Source of the DNA: Perkinsus chesapeaki ATCC PRA-425
Taxonomy: Eukaryota; Protista; Perkinsozoa
DNA length: 62,153 nt
NCBI GenBank assembly: GCA_013115145.1
Contig: JAAPAO010000149.1
Span: 1-62,153, forward strand
Direction of reading: 5' to 3'
Below, in pieces: positions 47,829-59,323 of the stretch (position 1 is its first letter; every line of letters begins with the position of its first letter). The position numbers and the translations under genes were made by a program. The notes below the pieces were generated by a model. That model was not told where the DNA came from. It did not search any database and was given only the letters and a program-made list of their open reading frames with translations.

Positions 47829-49765
47829 TTGTGCAGTGGTGTTCATCATGTCAGCAATTTACAATATAAAAGACTATTAAAGATAGTGAATGGTTATATA
47901 GGAATGAATTCATCACGCTGTTGCAATTTGAGAGCTCTAGGTTCTGGTGGCTTTGGTACTGTACTCCTGGCCGAGCACAAGCGCACCGGCATAAAGCGCG
48001 CTGTGAAGCAGATACCAAAGACACATGTTGGAACTGATAAAGTGAGTCCCAACCTTGGCATCGATCATTCGCGGTCATCCCCTCCCAGTTAGTATTTGAG
48101 CACGAGATTGCGAGCCTCCTGGCATTGGACCATCCCCATATAGTTAAACTCATCGAGTACTTTGAAAATAAGGTCAACTACTATCTGGTCTTCGAGCTCT
48201 GCGCCGGACCAGATCTCTTCGACCACATCCTTGACGTCGTCGATCGACGGGAGAACGGCTTCCAGGTGACCCTGCGAGCTCGGGGAAATCACCTGATCTC
48301 TTTGGCAGGAGCAAGAGATTGCGACTATCATGAGGCACATGCTGAAGGCGGTGATTGGATGCCATCACAACAACATTATCCATAAGGACATCAAACCGGA
48401 GAACTTCATGTTTCGTTCGAAGGACACAGCCAACTCTACACTGAAGATGATTGACCTGGGCCTGGCCGAGGTAGGCTCCCTGGCGACCCAGCGAGGCAGG
48501 GTGATGTTCAGCACTACTCCGAAGTGGCCACACTAGAGCGACAGCTGTTCGAGGAGGACAACGCCACACCTGGGACGCCGGCCTACATGGCACCGGAGGT
48601 CGCAGGTGGCGGCCATTACGGTATGTCTCACGACAACACATTCGGCTTTAATTATTGAAGATCTAGGGAAGCCCGTCAACTTTCTCATGAAGATACTTTC
48701 TCATCAAGAATTCGTATCTTAATAAATATGTCATTATTATTTTTATTACGAATATTAAGAAAGTGAAATAAAGAGGTATAATAGTGATAAGTAAAAGAAA
48801 CTGGTTACCTAATAAATGGCTGATTGTGGGTTTGATTGTTATCATGCCGCTATTGCGTCCTCGATGATTTTGCCCCTGCAGGTACGGCCTCGGACATGTG
48901 GTCTTTGGGGGTGATCTCCTACGCGCTTCTCGCCGGTGAGCCGCTCTTCGATCCGGACTGCCGGGGATCCCCAACGGACATTCTCCAGGAGGTCCTCGAC
49001 CCCGGTTTCCTCAAATGGCGCCTGGACAATCCTGCCCTCCTAGAGCGTTCGGCTCATGCCAAAGACCTACTGCATAGGCTACTGGAGAGAGATCCCAGCA
49101 AGCGCATAAAACCCGAGGAGGCACTAAAGCACCCCTTCATTCGTAGCATTCTCAGTGATGCCGGCGAGGCCAGCGATGGTGACAAGATCTGCATAGATAT
49201 GCGTTTTGCCCATTTGTTCGACTCGCAGTGTGTGGAGCGGATGGAGCGTTTTACTCGGCTCCCGATTTTAAAGAGAATCGCCATGATGTGCGCCGCGCAC
49301 TTAATCGATGATGACGCCGTTGCCGCGCAACAGCACACCTTCCGTATGTTCGACCAAAATGGCGACGGATACGTATCTTACGCCGAGCTCGAGGACGGTC
49401 TGAAAAGGGCAGGGGTCCGGGTGAACAGGAATCTTAGAAAGATATTTTCTAGGGTTGACTCGGACAATAACGACGCTCTCAATTATAATGAGTTCATGGC
49501 GGCGACGCTGTGCGACACCGACCTCAGCGAGAATCTTGCGCTGCAGACCTTCGACATGATGGATCTCGACGGTGACGGTTACCTCTCCCCGAAGGATCTT
49601 CTCACGTTCGAGCCCAACCTGGGCAGCGAGGATCATGCAATCGATGTGCTGATGGAGGCGTTCCCGGTGCTGTCCTCTCGGAAAGGGGTCACCTCTGAGG
49701 AGTTCGTTCGGCTTTATCTCGCCAAAGCACCGCCTTTGGATTTTACTGATGAAACTGTCAACTGA
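47829..49765 (+). CDS. Calcium-dependent protein kinase (CDPK-like; kinase + EF-hands); start uncertain
   Basis: LGSGGFGTV, AVKQI, HPHIVKL, HKDIKPEN, IDLGLA, GTPAYMAPE, DMWSLGVI; EF loops DQNGDGYVSYAE, DSDNNDALNYNE and DLDGDGYLSPKD. Confidence 0.92.
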
Positions 49766-50033
49766 ACTGCATCATCACAGCGGCATACTCTTTTCATTTT
49801 TAGAGTCAGATGTTATACAATAACAACTGTGCAAGGGTGCCACTACGAACTTCACAAGCTTTGCGTTATCGCCGGGAAGCATGTCTTGACATTTTCGAGG
49901 AGAGGACAGCGCTTAAAGACTTTTATAGGGGAGACTTATGAAAGGGAAGTCTTCGCTTTGCCCGATTGTTTTGTCTCCGTTTGTGTGAGAGGAACGCGCC
50001 GTTATTTGTCTTAGGCGTTTTCCCGCTACTACC

Positions 50034-52084
50034 ATGTTGAACTCGGACATGGCCATCCGCCATTTGGTGCGGCGGGCAGTCTCGAGCGTCCAGCAAGATA
50101 TGGAGGGGGAAAAGCTCAGTCTCCCCAGCGCTCCGGAGCGGTCAGAGCCATTTCAACACCAGCCCGGCCAGCCTTCCGGGGACGCTGGCCCCACGAGCAG
50201 TTTCGGGGCCAGAAACAGATACGAACCTATATGGCGGGCTTTGGACGTGGATGATGGCCAACTGGAAGGCGACGTTGAAGAGTAAGTCCCAGCTGCGATG
50301 CGTACCTTTTTACCTTCCCCTTTTTCAGTCAACTCCATGAGCTTCACCCACCCCAGACATATTACTTGGACGAGAGCGGCCATCGTTGGAGCACCATCCC
50401 CTGTCCAGAGCGGTGCCTGGCCTACGGTCCAGGGGTTGCTGGTGGGCCCTGTGGCGAGCTGTTAGAGCTCACAGTTAACACAGTCAACGCTGACCGCAGT
50501 CGAATACCTACCGGAGGCAACAACGTATCGTTGCTGCTCCGACCGAAGGACCCGACCCTCGCTATTGGCGAGTACAAAGCGTGGTCGATGGACTGCGAGG
50601 ACGGCTCCTACAAGCTGCGCTATGATTGCAGTCGGCCTGGGGCGTATTACCTCGACGTCACTGTCAACGGCGGTCATGTCTGCGGTAGCCCCTTCAACGC
50701 GGTTATGCGGCCAGGCAAAGTCGAGGCCCAGCACTGCATCATCATCTCCGGCTCGGTGGTCCCCACTTCCGACGGCGCCAGCCTGGCTCTACCGGACACG
50801 GCGATCGGTCTGACCCACGAGCTCTGGATCGAGACGTGCGACTCGTGTGGCAATCGCTCCTATGATCCTTGCGGAGTCTTCGGAGCTCGTCCGGTGGGGG
50901 CGGTGAGGGTCACCGATGTGACCGACTGCGAGACCGGTGTTTTCGTCGTAGCTTTCACCATTGTCGCCGGTGGACCTGGCAGACTGGACCTGCTCTTCAA
51001 CGCTGAGCACATTGGCAGTTCGCCCTTGTGGGTCGAGGTCGAGGAGCCCCCCAAGGCCCGTGAGCCAGCGAAGTCTCATGGTGTCCTCGAGGCCTCCGCG
51101 AAGGCTCAACCGAAAGATCCCCTGATGGTCCTCGAAGAGAAGGAGGCAAGAATACGGCAGATGACCGTCAGGTTGGAAAGGCTGAAGCGAGAGACTGACG
51201 CCAAAGCAAGGGAGTCCCGCCGGCTCATGACCGAACGGTTCCAAGAGCTGTCGGAGGCTGCGGAGAGGCTACCGGAGCCAGCGCGGCGGTCGCTGCAGAA
51301 TCTGGCCGAAGGTCACTCTGTGGCCGAGTTGGCAAGGATGGTGTCTGAGGTGTCGAGGGAGAGGGAGATCTACAGGGAACGGAACGCCCTGGTCTGGGAG
51401 GCACTGCACAAGTTGAACGACAGCTGGCTGGAGGTCGAAAAGCAAAAACCAGAGACGGTCCCAGGGGCCGGGCAGAGGGGTGCCTCGCAGCTCTGGCCGA
51501 CTGAGGGGGGAGGTCAGATACCCGGTGGCCCTGATCAGAAGCGGCGAGCTGATGGTGATTGGAGGACTTGGCCTATACCGAGGACGCGTCCGAATATGGC
51601 TGAATTGTTCCAGCGAGGGGCATTCGCGGTGAACCGGAAACGGAACCCAACGCCGAGGTCCGCGCCCGAAGAGTCAGTTGCGAAGACCCAGCCGATACCC
51701 TCTTGGAAGCTTCCTGTTGCGCTGCGACTACCGGACCATCTTGAACGGTTAAAGCAGCAAGTCAACACCCCTGATAGCGAGTCCACGGCCAGAAGCGATA
51801 CCGTAGAGACCGAGATGTCCAGCAGGCCGAGAAGGCGCAGCGTCCTCGAGGTTATCGCCCAGGACGGCCAATCAGCGCTCAGCAGCGAGTCCTCTGACAG
51901 CTACGACAGCGTGAGTACAATATACGAGCTACCTCCGGCCAATAGGCCATACAGACAGAAGACTGTTTTGCAGCAGCTCGCAGATGGAGACTTCACCGCC
52001 ACTCTGTACGAGTTGCCACCGAGGAAGAGTGTTCTACAGACTCTGGCTGACGGTGATTCTTTGGACAGCGATGATGACACTTGA
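50034..52084 (+). CDS. Filamin/ABP280-repeat protein with coiled-coil and disordered tail
   Basis: CLAYGPGV...GSYKLRY...PGAYYLDVTVNGGHVCGSPF and a second repeat ending GRLDLLFNAEHIGSSPL, followed by a heptad-rich region. Confidence 0.8.
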
Positions 52085-52334
52085 GACACTCGGTGGGGGA
52101 GTTCTACAAAGCGCCATGGAGGCTGGGGATCGCCGTGGATGCCACATGAATCCTGAGGTGTTTACCAGACCGCGTACTTGTTGCGCTGGACTAACTCGAC
52201 TTTGCTCGACATGTCTTTCAGCTATTTACTTTCGATTGTGATGTATATTCTCTACCAATTAAGCTTTGCTGCGCTAACAGCGATCGGTAACCCGGCCGCC
52301 CCGTCCCACTCTCCTTACCCTCGTTGCTTCAGGA

Positions 52335-54110
52335 ATGAAGCGGGAGCCGCAGGGCCCACTAGAGCTCGAGCCGAGCTCGGCGATGTTCATCCCAGGTGCC
52401 CACTTCCACGTTAGGGTCGGCATCTATTCAGACATACCCATTTGATCTGGCTTTTATCAGGTGCCCCTTGGCGCCACAGAGGAGCACTGGCGTACCGTAC
52501 TCCCTCCAACTCACCGACCGGCTCCCGAGGAGGAGCAGCCTTCGCCGGGCCGAGGGCCTCGACTTTTCGACGTGGACTCGGCTTTGCGAGACCCCGCCGA
52601 TCCTAGCTCGGTAAGGTTGACCTTCCAGGCAGCCCGTCGCCACTGTCGATCAGTTCGTCCACGCTGTGCTGAGAACCTCCTCAATACCCCTTGGCCCCAA
52701 TCTAGGCGCCTACAGTATCGATGGAATCGCCGATCAGAAGTTCCCCTTGGTTGGCATGGATCGAGTGGTCAAGGAGGACCCAGTAACCGGCAAGATGGTC
52801 ACCGGTTACTGGCCGCTCTTCGGGGCCCTCACCGCCGGGGTGAGCAAGTGTGGTATCGCATGGATCGTAGTACTGCTGTTGTTATTGTTAGGTGTACATC
52901 AACAAAGGCACCCAGTCCTATTGGCGGGAAGTGTACGGCTTCAACGGAGCGACTCAGGTGGGAGCAAAATAATGGCGGTTTTTTTCACAAGCTTTTCATT
53001 GCAGACCCTCAACTGTGATGCGGGCGATGTGGTCATAGGCGTCCGGTGGCGCTCCCATGCGAGGGAGGCTAAACGGCGAGCTGCGGCTGGCGAGCAAAAC
53101 GGTGCCCAAGATCTCGAGGCCTATCGAGACCTTATAGACATACCCGACATCCAATGTAGGTGCTCCGTTGCTGGGCAGTAGGGCCATCGTTGCTGCTGTT
53201 GGCAGGCACGAAGCTGATCACAGCTGAAGTGAGAGCCTACGGGATAGACAGTACTTACCAGGTCACTAATGTTAGCTATGACACTGAGCAGCAGACCAGG
53301 GACGAGAACATCATCGCAAGGTAAGGTGCTTTGCATCGCTCCGCCTTCCATATTATCTTTTTCAGCGTGAAGGATGTACAACAATGCATGCTTACCTCCG
53401 TGGAAGGTTTCATGATAAAGAGCGATGGATCAGATGATGATCGGCTGAAGCTGAACACCTGCTCTGGCCGACTCAGGGAGACGGCAACACCCTCAAGTTT
53501 CCTAAGGTTGGTCTCCTCCGCGATGTGTAGAGAACTAGTGGAGAGCCAATTGCATTCCAGCGTGAATTTGGAGCAGTTAATTTCTCGTTGACAGGTGGAT
53601 GTTGAGCGCCCGGCCGAGCACTGATGGCTCCACTGATAGAAAAGCCTCCTCCCCACAGGGCCTCATGGAGATCGATATGGGCTACAAGGTGACCACTACC
53701 TGCCGATGAGTATCAACTTCTCCCAGGCTGACCCAGACATCATAGAGCAAATTCTAGCGGGCAACTACTCCTTCGAGAACGATATGTTTGGCCCGACTAA
53801 CATCGAGTCACCAGCTGCAGCTCGAGAGGAGGCCATGAATAAGGCCTTGGAGGGCATGAAGAATGCATGGAAACTCGACAAAGTGCCGACAATCGAATCA
53901 GTGGGTCGACTGTGTTCGCAGTATCCTGGACCGCGGCTTTTAGGTAAAGGAAAGCCTACCAGAGAAGCCCTGGGAGTCATCGAAACTCATTGTGGGCAGC
54001 GACCAGTTCCTCGAGGGAACCATGTTGGGAGGACGCCGGGTGAGCTTCCATTGTTCGCTAACAGAGACATTTTCCATCCAATCGGAGGATTGGGAGTTAA
54101 ATCTGACTGA
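52335..54110 (+). CDS. Hypothetical protein, multi-exon; 3' end unresolved (53706-54110 may be separate)
   Basis: Exons splice in frame (MKREPQG...|VPLGATEEHW...|FVHAVLR...|VYINKG...|TLNCDAG...); no family recognised. Confidence 0.45.
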
Positions 54111-54180
54111 ATACCGCTTGATCGCACTTGACAAAACCCAGTAGTGTTTGATACTGATCGTTGCGGAGCGAACTTGCTAT

Positions 54181-56539
54181 ATGTTATTCTATAGCCTCAT
54201 GGGAGTACTAGTAAAAATACTAAAAGGGGATCCAGTCGTATCTTAAAGGTGAGGGCGAGAAAACGCTTTTCAAGCAGAAAAAATGACAGGCATGGGGATC
54301 GAACTTGCGACCCTCCAACAGAATTTCCTGGCGATTCGCCGGGCTCCATCCCTTCTCAGAGAAGGTCTAGTTAGTAGGCTTCATTGACAATGACTCGGTG
54401 ATGGTTGCACTATGAATCTGCAACTCATTTCAGGCCATGGCCGTAACTGGCTTCACTACGACCAATGGTATGGTTGAATTTGTCTGTGGGAAGATCATCG
54501 CCTGCGAGAAAGGGACATGTCGTTCCAACGGCTGTGAATGCCTGCCCGGATACGAGGGCCCGAACTGCGATGTCCGCAGCGATCCGTAAGCTGGTTCAGT
54601 TGGCAGGTGTCGAAGTCGGGACCGTGCTCCCTTATGCAGGTGCCGCACTAGACCGTGCGGGAAGTTCGGCGAGTGCGTGGAGAACTTCGACAAGCCCACT
54701 GGCTATGAGTGCCAGTGCCAGGCGACGTGGTTCGGTAGTCACTGCGAGACTACCACGAACATGTGCCTGGAGAGGATCATCTTCGAGAGTAAGGCAGTCC
54801 ATCGCCGTCAGCTCGGCAGCGCCTTCTGTGCCAGATGAGACCGAGTGGCACGTGAGAGATTGCGGCAAAGGCGATTGCATCTCAACCAGCGGCCAGTTTG
54901 AGTGCTCCTGTCATGCCGGCTGGGAACGTTCCCAGCCGGGCCTGACGGGGAAGTGCGATAGTGAGGTAAGTCGGGCAGGTCCGATTCGGACCGTGTCAAC
55001 CCCTTCCAGGTTCAAGACTGCGTCGGCCAGTGGGTGGGAAGCACCTGCAACTCACAGTGCATGCAGGAAATGACGTTCAAGATCTTCAAGGTGAGCCTTG
55101 CTTCTCCGACTGGCCCTTACGGTTCCTCTTCCAGCCGGTGCGTGGGTCTGGAACTCCATGTGAGCATCCGGCCGGCAAAACCCGTACAGAGATGTGTAGC
55201 TGGGGTGATTGCAAGAAGTGTATGGGGAGGTAAGGAGGAGGGTTGTTCCAACTATCACCTTCTGTGAGAGGACCATCCCTGTTAGAGACTGTAACGGTCG
55301 AGGCACCTGCGACACCACCACGGGCAATTGCATTTGTGAAGGGATCTATTCGGGAGATAACTGCGAGCTCGAAAGAACAGAGTGCTCGGATGTACACCAG
55401 GCCACATGCCAGTCTGGTGGCAGGCTGCTGTTCTCAGGCTCGATGTAACGGTCACGGCAACTGCGTCGGTGATGGATGTCAGTGTGTTAATGGGTGGACC
55501 AACGAAGGGCCTGATAGTGGCCCCTTGAACGGGATCTACTGCACCAAGGATCCTTGCGACGGTAAGGCCTTACATTCACTTGAGATGGACAGTTCGTCGT
55601 TTAGGTTGCCCAGAGGGTCAGTGCGATCTGCGCACTGGCTTCTGCTCGTGCCGTGCTGGCACTTGGTCCGACGTCAATCGAGCCGCCGGCGAGACCGCGT
55701 GTGAGCTCTCCTCGGGCACCATCGATTGCGTCGTAAGCCTCTGGTTCTTTTCTCCTCTGGACTCGATCCTTCTCAGGGCGAATGGGGCCCTTGGAGCACG
55801 TGCCAATCTGACTGCCAGAGACGGCGGTACTTTACCATTACAACGATGCCTCGTAACGGCGGGAAGCATTGCCCGGCCAAAGGGGGCGACCAAATGCAAG
55901 AGGCATGCCAAATGGATAACTGCTGTTTGTAAGTGGAGCATCTGACCGGTGGTTCCTGGCATTGTGCAATCTGTCCCATTCAGACTGAAGGACCAGGACT
56001 GCCTCAACGGTGGTACACTGTTGGCATCGAGCTGTACTTGTTTGTGCTCTCCGGGGTACCAAGGATCTCGGTGCGAAACGAAGGTCACCGATGCCGATAG
56101 GTAGCCATTGCGAGCAGACTGCTGCTGTAAAATCGTGGTTGCTCATCCCAGGATTCTGGAGCGAGAAGCCATCATAGACTTCAGCGGCGATCCCGTCATA
56201 CCTGAGCAGGAGCCCGACGCGGATGTTGTCATCGAGTCCGCGCAAAAAATGGTTGAAGAGAAAAAGTCGCCGATTCTCGTAGGCCAATATTCCTGCTGTG
56301 TAGACGAATCCTTTTGTCACTTCAGCTCATCCTGGGTGGTGTGTTCGGCGTGCTGGTCCTCGCCGGCGCCGCCTACTACTACAGTAAGCAGCACAAGAAG
56401 CCGAAGCCGCCAGCGCTCGACACAGACGACTTCATGGCCGAGTAGGACGATCCAGTTCATCGATTTCTCGTTACACAAGCTGGGTTCTTTCAGGGTCCTC
56501 GGTGGCGTCGGAGATGAAAACCTGAATCTGTACGCATGA
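54181..56539 (+). CDS. Type-I membrane adhesin-like protein with multiple EGF-like and TSP1-like domains; signal-peptide exon tentative
   Basis: Cys-rich exons (CECLPGYEGPNC, YECQCQATWFGSHC, CNGRGTC...CICEGIYSGDNC, GEWGPWSTCQSDCQRRR), TM LILGGVFGVLVLAGAAYYY, short acidic tail. Confidence 0.85.
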
Positions 56540-56642
56540 TGCTTGCCATGATATTGCCCGTCGTCTAAGTTCGGTTATGCGAACAACTGTCAGAGGCGTT
56601 TAGTTCAGTTGCTCATTATTCTTTTGCAGAAGTGCTCAACAG

Positions 56643-58054
56643 ATGTCCAGTGTTGTGGAGCTCCGCAGCGACACCTTCACTCAGCCCACGGATGAGATGA
56701 GACGCGCCATGGCCGAGGCTTATTGCGGTAGGCCAGTCAGATATGAAGTCTGCCAAGGTGTCGAGCAGGCGACGATGTCTGGGGAATGGACCCAACAGTT
56801 AATGCGTTCCAAAAGGAAGCTGCCGATAAGTTCGGTTTCTATGCTGCGCTTTACTTGCCGACCGCCACCATGTCAAATCTAGTGGCGATGCTGGTCCACT
56901 GCGAGAAGAAGGGCAGCGAGATCATCCTCGGCAACAAATCCCACATCCACATGTGAGCTCTCCGAGTTGGGGGTCTTCAGTATTTTCAGATACGAGCAAG
57001 GCGGTTGCTCTACGATAGCCGGGGCGCACTGCAGGACGGTGCCGAACAACCCCGATGGGACTCTGCCCCTCAAGGAAGTCGAGCTGGCCATTCGCCCGTT
57101 TGAGTCTCACTATCCAATCACCAGGGCTGTCTGTGTGGAGAACACTCATAACCTTTGTGGCGGTCGGGTAGGCCTTTTGTGGGGAGATTGATCATCGACT
57201 TGGACCAGGTCCTCAAGCCGGAGTACATGAAGGCAATCGGAGATCTTTGCAAAAAGTACGGAGTCAAGCTGCACATAGACGGGTCCAGGATCTTCAACGC
57301 TTCCGTCAAGCTGGGTAGCCTTGGCCACGAGTTTCTTTGCTACGAGGCTGTGACGCAGGTGTCTCCGTTAAGGAGTTGACCAAGGAGGCGGACTCTGTCA
57401 CGCTGTGCCTGTCTAAGGGCTTGTCAGCACCATTGGGTGCGTTATTGCTAACAAGAACGGAAGCCGACGCAGTTTTGGCGCATCGTTTTCGCAAGGTAAG
57501 GTCAGGAGTGACGCCGCATGGAAGGTCGTAACTTAGGTTCTCGGTGGCAACATGAGACAGGTCGGCGTCGTCGCTTGCTGTGGGCAAATCGCCATCAATA
57601 AAATGGTGGACAGGTTGGCCGAAGACCACAAGAACGCCACAATGCTCGCCGATGGTCTCGCCGGCATCGACGGGATTGTCTGTGACGTGAGCGCAGTTGA
57701 TACCAATATGGTTCGCTGGGGGCTGCACGAGAAGGTGCCGAGTGTAGCAGCTCCAGGAGGCCGTGATTGGAGCTGATCAGGTCCAAGACAGGATCACCTG
57801 TGCAAAGCTGGTTGATGCGCTCGGTGCTGATGACGGTGTGAGCGTGAAAATGATATGTATCGAACGTGGCATTGCGATCCGAGCCGTCACACATCGCCAC
57901 ATAACTCCGGATGGCATCACCAAAGTAACTGTACATGACACGATTTTCTGCTTTATGTTTGCTGTAGGCCATCGAGAAGGTCCGAAGGATCATGGAAAGT
58001 TCCGGTTCCTGGCCTAAGCTGTCGAGCGATGACCGTGTTTTAACTATTGACTAG
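56643..58054 (+). CDS. GLY1: Low-specificity L-threonine aldolase (PLP-dependent), multi-exon
   Basis: [56 protein letters not shown]. Confidence 0.93.
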
Positions 58055-58393
58055 TTTAATTGTTATACTTTCAACCGAAGGAGTTTTTCATTGAGGGGCA
58101 GTTGAGTTTTCTAACCGGTTCTACCGATCTCTGATTGCGAACCACTAACAACAACTGAATGATAAATTGGGGCATATGCACTCCTTCATACGCTTCAAGA
58201 GGTTGTGGAGCTCAGCAATGCGAACGCCTTGTATGATTAAGCGATCCTACACGTTGTCCTTAGTGTTTTGGTCGGCAAGTGAACAGCGTCAAGTTGACAG
58301 TATCAACTCTGTTCAAGAAGGACAATGTTTCGCTGCCTCAGTGAGCCTTAGAACTTCAACGCAACAACCCGGAACTACAAACACTCCTAGCGG

Positions 58394-59323
58394 TCATTCC
58401 CAAAGCCTTTCACCGAGCCACTCACCGAAGGGCATATCAAACACTCTATCCTTCCAATGACCAGTGTGGTTAGCTGACGACACAAGCTGACGTGTGAGAC
58501 TCTTAGCGGCGGCGCTTCCTGCTGATTCGAAACGCGCGGGGAAATCATACCAATCGTGGAAGACGCCATCGACCATTGCGGCATCGAGGCGACCGGTCCA
58601 CTCTCCGGGGGAATCGGGCTCCTGACCTGGCCGCGTGTAGACGTAGTGGACTTGATACTTGTCTCCATAAACGTTCTTCAAACCGTCCAGTTGGGGACGG
58701 AACAGTACTTGCTCCGGGCCTCTGGTAAAGTATAACAGACGTACATTGGCACCGTGGCCCAGTAATGCACGGACAGGATCGACGCAAGCAGTAATGGCGC
58801 TGCCGAAACAGAAGAAGCCAACCCTTGCAGCGGAGGTATCCAAACTGCGAAGCATGTCGGGTAGGGGAGGGAACGGACCGGATATGCGAACGAGCGAATC
58901 TGGCCAGACATCTCGCGCAAGTTCTAAGGACACACCATTGGACACTTTGATGGCCAGCGTGGTCGTTTCACCGTTGTCACTAGCGACAGGGGAATAGTCG
59001 CGGACCCTCTCGGAGGGAGCCTTATATTTGATCCATTGCCCAGGAAGGATGTTAGAGTTGTAGCTGTAGTTGAGGGTGTACTGTATCGTAGACGCACTGA
59101 TGTTCCTCTTGTCCACCAGTTCAACATCGTGGACATGCAGAGCCTTCGTTACGGCAGCACCAAAACAGCCCAGGCAGATGACCACAACAGCGACCACAAG
59201 TAGGCAGCAACACCGACAAGCCAGACGGCGGCGAGAACGTTTCTTCCTAGCGCGACGTCTCTCAGCAGCTGCTTCCCCAAGAAGATACTCTGGGTCGACA
59301 GGCATTGACAAATAACGTAGCAA
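58394..59323 (-). CDS. Membrane-anchored FNR / cytochrome-b5-reductase-like FAD/NAD(P) oxidoreductase, single exon
   Basis: N-terminal Arg-rich segment and TM helix; PGQW, RDYSP, ISGPF, LLYFTR...LFRPQLD, GRLD. Confidence 0.75.
   Translation of the reverse strand: MLRYLSMPVDPEYLLGEAAAERRRARKKRSRRRLACRCCCLLVVAVVVICLGCFGAAVTKALHVHDVELVDKRNISASTIQYTLNYSYNSNILPGQWIKYKAPSERVRDYSPVASDNGETTTLAIKVSNGVSLELARDVWPDSLVRISGPFPPLPDMLRSLDTSAARVGFFCFGSAITACVDPVRALLGHGANVRLLYFTRGPEQVLFRPQLDGLKNVYGDKYQVHYVYTRPGQEPDSPGEWTGRLDAAMVDGVFHDWYDFPARFESAGSAAAKSLTRQLVSSANHTGHWKDRVFDMPFGEWLGERLWE

Noticed and set aside
24815-58054. Non-canonical introns, recoding or stop readthrough
   Set aside because: All junctions checked (TEL2, TNPO3, desaturase, AKR, aldolase, adhesin, and also IMPACT upstream) resolved with GT-AG and the standard code
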